DNA from: a bacterium
GTDB lineage: Bacteria > UBA8248
Direction: 5' to 3'
Length of the DNA stretch: 29,101 bases
NCBI GenBank assembly: GCA_965213685.1
Contig: CBDBZY010000039.1
Span: forward strand, 1-29,101
The notes below the pieces were generated by a model. The model did no database searches and was not told the DNA's origin. It saw nothing but the letters and a program-made list of their open reading frames with translations. Both the position numbers and the translations under genes were made by a program. Shown here piece by piece: positions 1 to 8,807 of this stretch (the stretch's first letter is position 1; each line of letters begins with the position of its first letter).

Positions 1-501
1 GCGCGCTCGGCGATCTGCCGGTCGTAGCGCAGGACGCCGGAATCGCCGGGCCCCAGGTTCTCGGCCAGCCCCCTCGTGGCGCGCTTGGGGGGCATGTCGG
101 CGCGCAGTGCGCCCGATATGTCGCCCCTGCCGTCCTTCACGTGCATGGGGAGGATTTGCTCGTCGAACCCGGTGGGGTCGGAGGCGTTGCGGTAGTGGAG
201 CTTCCCGATGGAGACCACCCGGTGGCCCGCGGCCTGGAGGCGGTGCCCCCAGGAGGGGGTCCGTCCGTCATAGGGATGCGCGTTGTCCCAGTAGCCGGTC
301 TGGTGGGCGTAGCGCCCGGTGGCGAAACTCGCGCGCGCGGGGGACGCAGATGGGGCAGTTCGTGTAGGCGTTGGCGAAGCGTGTCCCCGACGCCGCGAGG
401 CGGTCAATGTGCGGCGTCCGCACCATCGGGTGCCCGTAGCAGCCGAGTGCTTTCGCGTTGTGCTCATCGGACATGATGAAGACGAGATTCTGGGGCTCCA
501 T
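1..501 (-). CDS. Sulfatase (choline-sulfatase/arylsulfatase-like), N-terminal part only, truncated by the window edge; apparent +1 frameshift in G5 run at 339-343
   Basis: MEPQNLVFIMSDEH...RTPHIDRLAASGTRFANAYTNCPICVP. Removing one base from the homopolymer restores the CxPxR formylglycine motif (CVPAR) and continues ASFATGRYAHQTGYWDNAHPYDG...VSIGKLH. Confidence 0.88.
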
Positions 502-684
502 GCCCGGGCCTCGCAAAGCGGGAACGACGCCGGTATGACGCGGCGAAACAACCATGGCGTATCACCTTTGCGCCGGGCCTGGCAACGCGAACCCCGCCTC
601 CCGCGAGGTATTTCCCGCTCGCTCGTATAGCCCGGGGCGGGCGGATGATTCCCCCTTCCCGGCAAATACGAACCCCTGCCCGGC

Positions 685-1782
685 CTACCTGCGAGAAAAT
701 TCTCCGATCGCATTGATCGAACGGGCTTCCATGGAGACGTATATCGTCGCACCTGAGTCCAGCATCGGCAACCGGTGTCCATGCACGCGGATTTTTTGGC
801 TTCCGGCAGTCAGCCAAAGCTCCAGCACGCCGCCCATATAGACCGCCTTGTCGACAGTGCACTTGATTACGTTTGCGGTCCCTTCCGGAGGTGCGTCCAG
901 GCTGGGGACGCAATCCTCGGGCCGGATCGAGAGCAAGACTTTTGCGCCTGCGCCAAGGCCTGCGGTCTCGCAAAACAACGTGATGTCGCCTATTCGCACG
1001 GCGGCCCGCGCATCGCCCGCCCCGGCGTCAACGACCTCGCCTTCGAGGAAGTTCGAGATGCCGACGAAACCGGCGACGAATGGATTGGCGGGGTTTTGGT
1101 ACACCTCGCTCGGGGCGCCCATCTGCTCGATGCGCCCGTTGTTCATCACCACGATGATGTCGCTCATGACCATGGCTTCGACCTGATCGTGGGTGACGAA
1201 TATGGTGGTGATGCCGGATTCGGTTTGCAGATCCTTCAACTCCAGGCGCATCTCCTCGCGCAGTGCCGCGTCCAGGTTGGAAAGGGGTTCATCGAGAAGC
1301 AGGACATCGGGCTCGTATATCAACGCGCGGGCGAAGGCGACGCGCTGCTGCTGGCCGCCGGAGAGCTGCGACGGGTAGCGGTCCGCCAAGCCGTCGAGCC
1401 GCACCAGGCCCAGGGCGCGCTCCACCGCCCCGGCGATTTCGCGCTTCGGTGCTTTTCGCATCTGCAAGCCGAAGGCGACGTTGTCGCGCACCCTCAAATG
1501 CGGCCAGAGCCCGTAGGATTGAAAAACCATGCCGAGGTTTCGCTTGTGCGCCGGCACGAGCACGTTTCGCGCGGCACTGGAGATCAGCCTGTCGCCGACG
1601 TGGACGTCGCCGCTGTCGGGAGTCTCGAAGCCGGCGATCATGTTCAGGGTGGTCGTCTTGCCGCAGCCGCTCGGCCCCAGCAAGGTCAGCAACTTGCCCT
1701 TGGGCACCTCGAACGAAATCCCGTCGACGGCGACCACCTCGCCGAATTTCTTGACCAGTTTCTCCACCCGCACGTTTTGCAT
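685..1782 (-). CDS. ABC transporter ATP-binding subunit (PotA/FbpC-like, C-terminal TOBE-type domain)
   Basis: Walker A GPSGCGKT, signature LSGGQQQR, Walker B LLLDEPLSNLD, VTHDQ. Start moved to MQNVRVEK, whose ATG overlaps the permease stop (TGATG). Confidence 0.93.
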   Translation of the reverse strand: MQNVRVEKLVKKFGEVVAVDGISFEVPKGKLLTLLGPSGCGKTTTLNMIAGFETPDSGDVHVGDRLISSAARNVLVPAHKRNLGMVFQSYGLWPHLRVRDNVAFGLQMRKAPKREIAGAVERALGLVRLDGLADRYPSQLSGGQQQRVAFARALIYEPDVLLLDEPLSNLDAALREEMRLELKDLQTESGITTIFVTHDQVEAMVMSDIIVVMNNGRIEQMGAPSEVYQNPANPFVAGFVGISNFLEGEVVDAGAGDARAAVRIGDITLFCETAGLGAGAKVLLSIRPEDCVPSLDAPPEGTANVIKCTVDKAVYMGGVLELWLTAGSQKIRVHGHRLPMLDSGATIYVSMEARSINAIGEFSRR

Positions 1783-3497
1783 CAGGTGAGGCCCTCCACG
1801 TCCTTCTGTTTTGTGAGCCAGCGCACCAGTCCCACCGAACCGAGCGACAAAACAACGATGATGAGCGAAAGGATGCACACGTGGGAGAAGAGGCCTTCGT
1901 CATAGAGTTGGATCAGGATCGTGCTGATTACCTCTTTGTTGGAACTGAACAACATGATCGAGGCGGACAGCTCGCGCATCATCGACACGAAAAGAATGAT
2001 CCAGCCGGCGACGATGCCCGGCATGGCCAGAGGCACCAGGATTTTCCAGAAGACGACGCCCCAGTTCGCGCCGCTGACAGCCGCGGCCCGCTCCAGCTCC
2101 TCATGGATTTGCGTGATGGAGTTGGAGACCGCCCGCACGCCGAACGGCAGGAAGCGCGTGATATAGGCGATCAGGATGATCCACAGCGTGTGATACAGGT
2201 CGAACGGCTCGCGGATATAGGCCCAGAGCATGGCGATGGCGATAACCGCCCCCGGAATGGCCACCGGGATGAGCGCCAGAAAATCGAGCGTTCCCCGGAT
2301 TTTCGAGGTGCTGCGGACCACGAAATAGGCGACGATGGCGGACAGGGCGATGCCGATCGTCGCGCCGAGGAAACTCAGCAGCAGACTGTTTTCGATGGAG
2401 CGCAGAATGACCGCGCCCCCGTCGCCGGTGATGACCTCGTGCAGGTGGTCCAGCGTAAGAAACTCCAAGGTCGGCGGGCGTCCGCGGTTGGAGATGAAGG
2501 TGCCGTAAATCAGCGTGAGCAACGGCAAAATCGCCGAAACCAGAAGGTAGGCGGCGGCGAACCCGAGCGCCACGTATTTCCACGGGCCGAGCTCCACAAG
2601 CCGCGGCCGGAAGCTCTTGCCGGCGACCGTGGTGTATTTGGCGCTTCGCCCCAACGCCTTGGTCTGTCCCCAAAGCGCCAATCCGCATACCAGCAAGACG
2701 GGGATCGACATGGCGGCCGCGTGCGAGAAGTTCGGCGGGATGCCGATCATCATGCGCCACAGCTGGGTCGAGAAAACGTATATGCCGCCGGACACGCCGA
2801 TCGTCGCCGGGATGGCGAAAATCTCCAGCGACTGGATAAACGTCAGGAGGGCGCCGGACAATATCGCCGGCGCCGCCATGGGAAACGTGATCCAGAGCGT
2901 CGTTTTCCACTGGCTCGCGCCGCTGACGTGGGCGGCGTTCTCCAGCGTCGGGTCCATGTTCTTGAACGCCGTGACCGTAAAGATGAAAACGTAGGGCGCC
3001 AAGGACAGGGCCATCACGAAGATGAGCCCGCCCATGGTGAAAATGTCGAACAGCGGCTCCCTGGTGCCGACCGCCCACTTCCAGAACAGGTTGACGAAAC
3101 CGACCCGAGGCGTCCCGAGATAGGCCCACGCCACCGCCACCACCACGGGCGGCATGATGAAGGGCAGGATCGCAATCATGTTGATATAGTTTTTGAACGG
3201 CGTGTCGGTGCGCCCGACGATCCAGGCGAGCGGAACGCCGATCAGGACGGACAAGGTCGTGACCCCGACTGACATGAAGGCGGTGTTCCACAACACTTCG
3301 CCCATATAGTCGGCCTCGTAGATGGCGACGAAGGCGTCCAGGGTGAAGTCGGAACTCATCGGGTTGGGTCTGAGGCTGCCCAGCAGCAACCAGAACAGCG
3401 GATACAGCACGATAAAGCCGATGACGAGAAGACATCCCCATTCGAGCGCCCGGGCGGCGCTCGGAGCCCGGAAGGTGGCGAACGAATGGGGACGCAT
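1782..3497 (-). CDS. ABC transporter permease (FbpB-like, two fused membrane domains)
   Basis: About 12 hydrophobic segments; two EAA-type loops (LENAAHVSGA, LERAAAVSGA); lies between the binding-protein and ATPase genes. Confidence 0.92.
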   Translation of the reverse strand: MRPHSFATFRAPSAARALEWGCLLVIGFIVLYPLFWLLLGSLRPNPMSSDFTLDAFVAIYEADYMGEVLWNTAFMSVGVTTLSVLIGVPLAWIVGRTDTPFKNYINMIAILPFIMPPVVVAVAWAYLGTPRVGFVNLFWKWAVGTREPLFDIFTMGGLIFVMALSLAPYVFIFTVTAFKNMDPTLENAAHVSGASQWKTTLWITFPMAAPAILSGALLTFIQSLEIFAIPATIGVSGGIYVFSTQLWRMMIGIPPNFSHAAAMSIPVLLVCGLALWGQTKALGRSAKYTTVAGKSFRPRLVELGPWKYVALGFAAAYLLVSAILPLLTLIYGTFISNRGRPPTLEFLTLDHLHEVITGDGGAVILRSIENSLLLSFLGATIGIALSAIVAYFVVRSTSKIRGTLDFLALIPVAIPGAVIAIAMLWAYIREPFDLYHTLWIILIAYITRFLPFGVRAVSNSITQIHEELERAAAVSGANWGVVFWKILVPLAMPGIVAGWIILFVSMMRELSASIMLFSSNKEVISTILIQLYDEGLFSHVCILSLIIVVLSLGSVGLVRWLTKQKDVEGLT

Positions 3498-3520
3498 CTC
3501 AGGTCAGCACCGGAGGGTGG

Positions 3521-4531
3521 TCATTTCTTTTTCTTCGCCTCACGGATGTGCTTGGTCATGAAAGCGCGATACTTGTTCTGCTCCCTGGACACTTTCTCCC
3601 AGTCCGCATACAGCGGCTGGAAGGGATAGGGGATGCCCTTCACGTGCGGCACGTCCGAGCGCGCGGAGTTGATCTTGACGTCCTGGGTGATGACCGTCTG
3701 GCCCTCCTTGGAGAGTATCCAGCGATACACCCTCTCCGCGTTTTTCGGGTTCGGGCCGCCTTTCACCATGCCGAACGAAGCCGGCACGACCGGGGTGCCC
3801 TCCTTCATCTTGGCAATCTTGATCTTGGCGCCCTTGTTGATGCGCCGGATCGCGATGTATTCAAACACCATCGTCACGTCGCGCTCACCGGTGGCGACGC
3901 GCTCGGTCGAGGCGCCCATGCGCGACTGCACCAGCGCGCCGTTATACAACAGGCCCTTGATGTATTTCTCGCCGAAGCCCTTCGCCCCGTAGAAGAAATC
4001 CCACAGGCCCGCCGACTGGAACGGATCGACCAGCACGAGGCGGCCCTTCCATTTCGGCTGCGTCAATTCCGCAAAGCTCTTCGGCGCCTCGCCGGCCTTC
4101 ACGTTGTCGGTGTTGTAGATGACCTGCAGGGTCGGCGCGCGCAGCCCGACCCATTGCGCCTTCTCGTCCTTGCCCCAGGCCGGGAAATGCTTCGCCTCCG
4201 GGAATTGCGTTACGTTCTTCACCCAGCCTTCCTTGGCGAGGTGATACCAGCCCGGCGTGTAGCTGAAGTGCAGCAAATCGATTTTGCCCTTGCCCACCGT
4301 CCGCTCCGCAACGAAGCGCTGGTACAAGCTGACGCCGCCGGCGGTGATGGATTCGACCTTGATGTCCGGGAATTTCTTTTCGACAGCCTTCACCAGCGTC
4401 GCCTGCGCGGCGGTGGTGAGCGATGAGTAGAAGACGAGGTTGGCGTCTTGTGCCAGGACTGCGTGGGGCGTAAGCGCCACGGCACCGGCAATAACCAAAC
4501 TCGCGAGAACGGACTTCCTGGAAAGTTTCAT
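3521..4531 (-). CDS. ABC transporter substrate-binding protein (AfuA/FbpA-like family)
   Basis: Signal peptide ending ...HAVLA-Q; IYNTDNV..APKSFAEL..PKWKG and WILSKEGQ motifs; GAGGGGGAGG RBS. Confidence 0.9.
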   Translation of the reverse strand: MKLSRKSVLASLVIAGAVALTPHAVLAQDANLVFYSSLTTAAQATLVKAVEKKFPDIKVESITAGGVSLYQRFVAERTVGKGKIDLLHFSYTPGWYHLAKEGWVKNVTQFPEAKHFPAWGKDEKAQWVGLRAPTLQVIYNTDNVKAGEAPKSFAELTQPKWKGRLVLVDPFQSAGLWDFFYGAKGFGEKYIKGLLYNGALVQSRMGASTERVATGERDVTMVFEYIAIRRINKGAKIKIAKMKEGTPVVPASFGMVKGGPNPKNAERVYRWILSKEGQTVITQDVKINSARSDVPHVKGIPYPFQPLYADWEKVSREQNKYRAFMTKHIREAKKKK

Positions 4532-4718
4532 GCTTGCCTCCCCCTCGTGGTGGAACAGACTGCCCCTGGAGCAAATCTGCCCGGGACTCCTTGCCCGTCT
4601 TTGCCTCGGGGCGAGCGCCGCACTCAGCCGAATTCTGGAATTTAATTCCGCCGATTAAAGCAGGTTTGGGCGATTGCGTCAAGCCCGCCGCGAGCCAGGC
4701 GAACGAGATGACGCCCTC

Positions 4719-6137
4719 CTAGGGGTTCGGTTTCCTCTTGCGCCATTCGCGCGTCGCCCGTTCGTAGGCGTGGCCGATGCGAAACCCGCAAGCCTCGGCG
4801 CCGGGCAGGTTCGTAATTTGCATCGCCATCGGCAATCCGTGTCGGGAATCAAAACCCGTGGGCACCGTCAGGGCGGGAAAACCGAGAAAATTTTGCACGC
4901 CCGTCAGATTTCGTCCCAGACCGATAAAATCCATCTCCCGGCCGTTGACGGTCGCCATGGTCGTCTCGATGGGCGCGGCGAGACAGGGATAGCCGGGGGA
5001 CAAGATGGCGTCGTAAGGCGCCATCAGGTCGACGACAAGGCGTTTGAGCGCTTCGCGGCGATGGAGCGCGTCGATGTACATCGCCAACGTGGTTTTCCGG
5101 GCGTTCGCTATCCGTTCCCGCAAGCGCACGCCGTAGCCGTCCGGGCTGCTGCGATAGCGCTCTCCGTGAACGCGATGGAATTCCGCGTCCGCGATGGCCC
5201 GGCGGTGGGGGTTGATCTCCTTGGCGAAGGGGCAGCGCACCTCGTCGATTTTCGCGCCCAACCCCCGCAGCACGTCGAGTGCCGCCTCGAACGCATAGGC
5301 GATCGGCTTGTCGATGTCGACGTCGATCAGGTCGGAGGAGGTCATGAAGCGCATGCCGTCGACGCCCCGTTCTAGGTCGGCGGAGAAATCGGGCGCCTCC
5401 ATGTCGGAGGAGAACGGATCGTCCGGATCGTGCCCCGCAATCGCTTGAAGCAGCAATGCGCAATCCGCCACCGTTCGCGTCAACGGCCCTACGTGATCGA
5501 GGCTGGGCGCGTTGGGGTAGACGCCGCGCACGCCGATGCGCCCGTAGGTCGGTTTCATGCCGACGACGCCGCAAATCGCCGCTGGTCCCCGCACCGACCC
5601 GCCGGTGTCGGTTCCGAGCGCACCGGGCACCATCCGCGCGGCGACCGCCGCGGCCGAGCCGCCGCTGGAGCCCCCGGGGACGCGGGCGATGTCCCAAGGG
5701 TTGTGGCACGCCCCGTGGTGCGGGTTCTTGGTCGCCGATTCCGCGGCGAACTCCGCCGTGTTGCACTTGCCGATCATGATGGCGCCGGCCTCGCGGAGCC
5801 GCCGGACGCACTCCGCATCCTCTTCCGGCACGTTGTCGCGGAAAAAGCTGGAGCCCTGCGTGGTGCGGACGCCCGCCGTATCGATGATGTCCTTCACCCC
5901 GATGGGCACGCCGTGCAACGGCCCCCGGATGCGGCCGGCCGCGATTTCGTCCTCGGCCGCCCTCGCCTCGGTGCGCGCGCGGTCGTGGGCGACGGTCGTG
6001 AATGCATTCAAAGTCGGGTTGAGCGCATCGATCCGCTCCAGATGCGCATCCGTTGCCTCCACCGGCGACAAATCCCCGCCGGCGATGCTTCTCGACAAAT
6101 CCCGGATCGTGAGATCGCAGATTTCGGTTGCGGCCAT
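4719..6137 (-). CDS. Amidase-signature family amidohydrolase (not GatA)
   Basis: [25 protein letters not shown] and GTDTGGSVRGPA give the Lys/cisSer/Ser triad. Start MAATEICDL follows a GGAGG RBS. Lacks the GatA-specific SNLARYDG and EVKRRI motifs. Confidence 0.9.
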   Translation of the reverse strand: MAATEICDLTIRDLSRSIAGGDLSPVEATDAHLERIDALNPTLNAFTTVAHDRARTEARAAEDEIAAGRIRGPLHGVPIGVKDIIDTAGVRTTQGSSFFRDNVPEEDAECVRRLREAGAIMIGKCNTAEFAAESATKNPHHGACHNPWDIARVPGGSSGGSAAAVAARMVPGALGTDTGGSVRGPAAICGVVGMKPTYGRIGVRGVYPNAPSLDHVGPLTRTVADCALLLQAIAGHDPDDPFSSDMEAPDFSADLERGVDGMRFMTSSDLIDVDIDKPIAYAFEAALDVLRGLGAKIDEVRCPFAKEINPHRRAIADAEFHRVHGERYRSSPDGYGVRLRERIANARKTTLAMYIDALHRREALKRLVVDLMAPYDAILSPGYPCLAAPIETTMATVNGREMDFIGLGRNLTGVQNFLGFPALTVPTGFDSRHGLPMAMQITNLPGAEACGFRIGHAYERATREWRKRKPNP

Positions 6138-6362
6138 TCTTGTCCTCCCCCCCTCCCCGTTCCGCATGGTCTGGCCGAGCGCGCTCCCCGCCGCGTCGGC
6201 CTCCGTCAAAGCATGGGCTTCCGCGACTCCCCCTCGTAAAAAGAGAGGAGGGAATTCCGAACCGCGCATCACCCGAAAGCCGCAGGTTCTATCCCTACCT
6301 TTTCCGCTCGGGATGGCGCGAATCGGGATGGCACCCGGCGTTTCGGGATAGATGAACCGAGC

Positions 6363-6371
6363 ATGATAGCA
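6363..6371 (-). promoter_or_regulatory. Putative extended -10 promoter (TG-C-TATCAT) for the amidase/ABC cluster
   Basis: Minus strand reads tttgcTATCATgctcgg. No good -35 is visible. A long hairpin starts just downstream. Confidence 0.35.
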
Positions 6372-6551
6372 AAGTTCGATGCGTGCGCATAGATTCAGGG
6401 CGCTTTTGAACAAGAGAAACCACAAGAGAAAGAGGAGCGTCGACGGCTCCCGGCCGCGGTCGCGAAACGCCCCGGGGGCGCCCTGGTCTCCCGACGCACC
6501 AGACGGGGCTTTTTTCTTCAGGTGCGAGACATATCGTCCAAACCGATAGAG

Positions 6552-6580
6552 TTGACACGCCTGCCCGGCATTCCTAGGAT
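6552..6580 (+). promoter_or_regulatory. Sigma70-type promoter for the cytochrome c gene
   Basis: TTGACA (6552-6557), 17-nt spacer, TAGGAT (6575-6580), about 60 nt upstream of the ATG at 6640. Confidence 0.65.
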
Positions 6581-6639
6581 GGGCGTCTCACGAGCGAGGG
6601 GATTCCGGGGCCGCCGAGAAGAGGGAAAGGAGCGCGGAT

Positions 6640-7116
6640 ATGCGGGTTGGCAAATGGATTTGCGCGGTGATGGGGGCGGTGATTTTCACGGGCTTTTTCC
6701 TGACGCCATTCTCCTCCGGCGAGGATGAGCAGACGCTGCGCGCCGTCCAGCGGGTGCGCGTGCGCACGATGCGGGGCATCAGCCGCGCCATGCGCCGCGT
6801 CAAGGTGTACGCGAAGAAAGGAAATTACAAGCGGGTGGCGGCGGCGGCGAACGAGGTGGCGCTGCTCACGGCGGCGATTCCGTATCTGAGCCCGAAGGGG
6901 AGCAATCTGGGCAAGACGCGGATCAAGGCCAGCGTGTGGAGCCAGTTCGACGATTACAGCGCCATGGCCATGGATTCGGCGCGGCTGGCGGGAAGCCTCG
7001 CGAAAACCGCCGAGGCGGAAGACAAGGACGGCGTGTTGAAGAGGCTCGCCGCCTTGGGGAAGAGTTGCGGGCAATGCCATAAACCGTACCGGGAGAAAAA
7101 GAGAAGAAGAAAATAA
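6640..7116 (+). CDS. Class II cytochrome c (cytochrome c'/c556, four-helix bundle)
   Basis: Signal peptide; single C-terminal haem motif CGQCH followed by KPYRE; R..M near the N terminus and a ..VW..F segment typical of class II; AAGGAG RBS. Confidence 0.85.
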   Translation: MRVGKWICAVMGAVIFTGFFLTPFSSGEDEQTLRAVQRVRVRTMRGISRAMRRVKVYAKKGNYKRVAAAANEVALLTAAIPYLSPKGSNLGKTRIKASVWSQFDDYSAMAMDSARLAGSLAKTAEAEDKDGVLKRLAALGKSCGQCHKPYREKKRRRK

Positions 7117-7222
7117 GGGTCGGCGGCCCCCCTGCGACGCATGCGGGCGGGCAGTATGCGCGGAGAGCGCGCCCTTTTGGATGGCGAGTGTCCGGCGGGG
7201 AGGAGCCCCCCGGGACGGCGCC

Positions 7223-8677
7223 CTATTCTCGGGTGCGCAGCTTCTCTCGCAGTATTTCCTGCAGGGTGCCGGGATTCGCCTTGCCTTGCGTCGCTTTCAT
7301 GGCCTGCCCGACGAAAAAGCCCATCAGTTTCGTTTTTCCGCCTCGGTAGGCTTCCGCTTCCCGGGGGTGTGACGCGAGGATTTCTTCCACGACGCCCTCG
7401 ATCGCGCTGGCGTCCGTGATTTGCCTCAACCCCCGCTCCTCCACGATGGCCTCCGGGTCCTTTCCGCTCGCCGCCATGGAGTCGAACACCGTTTTCGCGA
7501 TTTTTCCGCTGATGGTGCCCCGGATGATGAGCGAAATCATTTTCGCCAGCCGCGCGGGAGGGACGGGGCATCGCTCGACGGCTATTTTCCGTTCGTTCAA
7601 TATGCGCAAAATGTCGCCCATCACCCAGTTGCTCGCCGTCTTGGCGTGTTCCTCGCCAACGCCCCTGACGACGGCGTCGAAGTAATCCGCCAGTTCCTTC
7701 TCCGCCGTGAGGACTTCCGCATCGTAGAGCGGGAGGCCGAGCTCGTCCTGGAAGCGCCTGCTTTTGGCGTCGGGCAATTCCGGCATCTGCGCGCGAACCG
7801 CATCGAGCCACTTTGCGTCCACGGCGAGCGGCACCAGGTCGGGGTCGGGGAAATAGCGGTAGTCGTGCGCGTATTCCTTCGAGCGCATCCCCCGCGTCAC
7901 TCCTGCGGATTCGTCCCAAAGCCGGGTTTCCTGATGAATGACGCCGCCGGAGTCCAGGATTTCCCGCTGTCGCTTTTCTTCGTATTCGAGCGCCCGCCTC
8001 AGGTTTCGGAAGGAGTTCATGTTCTTGATTTCCACCTTCGCCCCGAACGCCTCCGCACCCCGCACCCGGAGGGAGATGTTGGCGTCGCACCGCAGGCTGC
8101 CCTCCTGCATGTTGCCGTCCGATATCCCGAGGTAGCGCACCAGGGTCCGGAGTTTCCGCATGTAGGATTCGGCGTCTTCCGCGCACCGGAGTTCGGGTTC
8201 GGATACGATTTCGAGCAAGGGCACGCCGGCCCGGTTCAGGTCGGAATAGGAGTGGTCCGGGTCTCCCATCTCCTCTCCGTGAATGAGTTTGCCGGCGTCC
8301 TCTTCCATGTGAATTCTGGTGAGGCCGACGGTCATGTCCCGCCCGTCTTTCGTCGCGAAGTGGACGCATCCCCCCGTGCAGACGGGCTCTTCGTACTGGC
8401 TGATTTGGTATCCCTTGGGAAGGTCCGGGTAGAAATAGTGCTTTCGGGCGAAACGGCAGACGGGCGCGACGTTCGCCCCCACGGCCAGCCCGAGCCGGAG
8501 CGTGTATTCCACGGCTTCTCGGTTCAGTACCGGCAGCACGCCGGGAAGGCCGAGGTCCACCGTGCAGGTATGCGCGTTGGGGCTTCCTCCGAACGCGGTG
8601 CTCGAGGCGCAAAAAATCTTGCTCTTGGTGTTGAGCTGGGCGTGTACCTCCAGGCCGATCACCGTCTCGTATGCCAT
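7223..8677 (-). CDS. gatB: Asp/Glu-tRNA amidotransferase subunit B
   Basis: YETVIGLEVHAQL, RKHYFYPDLPKGYQISQ, HMEEDAGK, LRCDANIS, YRYFPDPDL, C-terminal YqeY-like GFFVGQAMK..GKANP. Start at MAYETV. Confidence 0.97.
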   Translation of the reverse strand: MAYETVIGLEVHAQLNTKSKIFCASSTAFGGSPNAHTCTVDLGLPGVLPVLNREAVEYTLRLGLAVGANVAPVCRFARKHYFYPDLPKGYQISQYEEPVCTGGCVHFATKDGRDMTVGLTRIHMEEDAGKLIHGEEMGDPDHSYSDLNRAGVPLLEIVSEPELRCAEDAESYMRKLRTLVRYLGISDGNMQEGSLRCDANISLRVRGAEAFGAKVEIKNMNSFRNLRRALEYEEKRQREILDSGGVIHQETRLWDESAGVTRGMRSKEYAHDYRYFPDPDLVPLAVDAKWLDAVRAQMPELPDAKSRRFQDELGLPLYDAEVLTAEKELADYFDAVVRGVGEEHAKTASNWVMGDILRILNERKIAVERCPVPPARLAKMISLIIRGTISGKIAKTVFDSMAASGKDPEAIVEERGLRQITDASAIEGVVEEILASHPREAEAYRGGKTKLMGFFVGQAMKATQGKANPGTLQEILREKLRTRE

Positions 8678-8807
8678 CGTATTCCCCCATCCAACGTCCG
8701 GTGCGCCGCTTCGCTCCGGTTCCGTTTTTCCCGCAGCCAGCGCGTCCGGAGAAGACCGGCGGAGCACCCATTTCGTCCCCTCCCCCCCTCCCGAGGGGGT
8801 GCGCGCA

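Noticed and set aside
4719-6137. Second gatA copy
   Set aside because: Shares only the general amidase signature and lacks the GatA-specific motifs present in 8808-10280.
6138-6425. N-terminal extensions of the amidase (and similarly gatA, gatB, ABC ATPase, htrA) in the ORF track
   Set aside because: Downstream starts have clear RBSs or stop-start coupling and coincide with where family similarity begins.
6430-6455. GAGGAGCG as the start of an SAH riboswitch
   Set aside because: The following UGC/AGGCUC core and the downstream GCGCUC pseudoknot strand are not convincingly present, and no SAH-cycle gene follows.
8776-8800. C-rich/G-rich tracts at ~6144-6158, 8776-8800 and 21219-21275 as one REP family
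   Set aside because: Similar in composition but not alignable beyond low-complexity runs; the first is simply the amidase RBS region.
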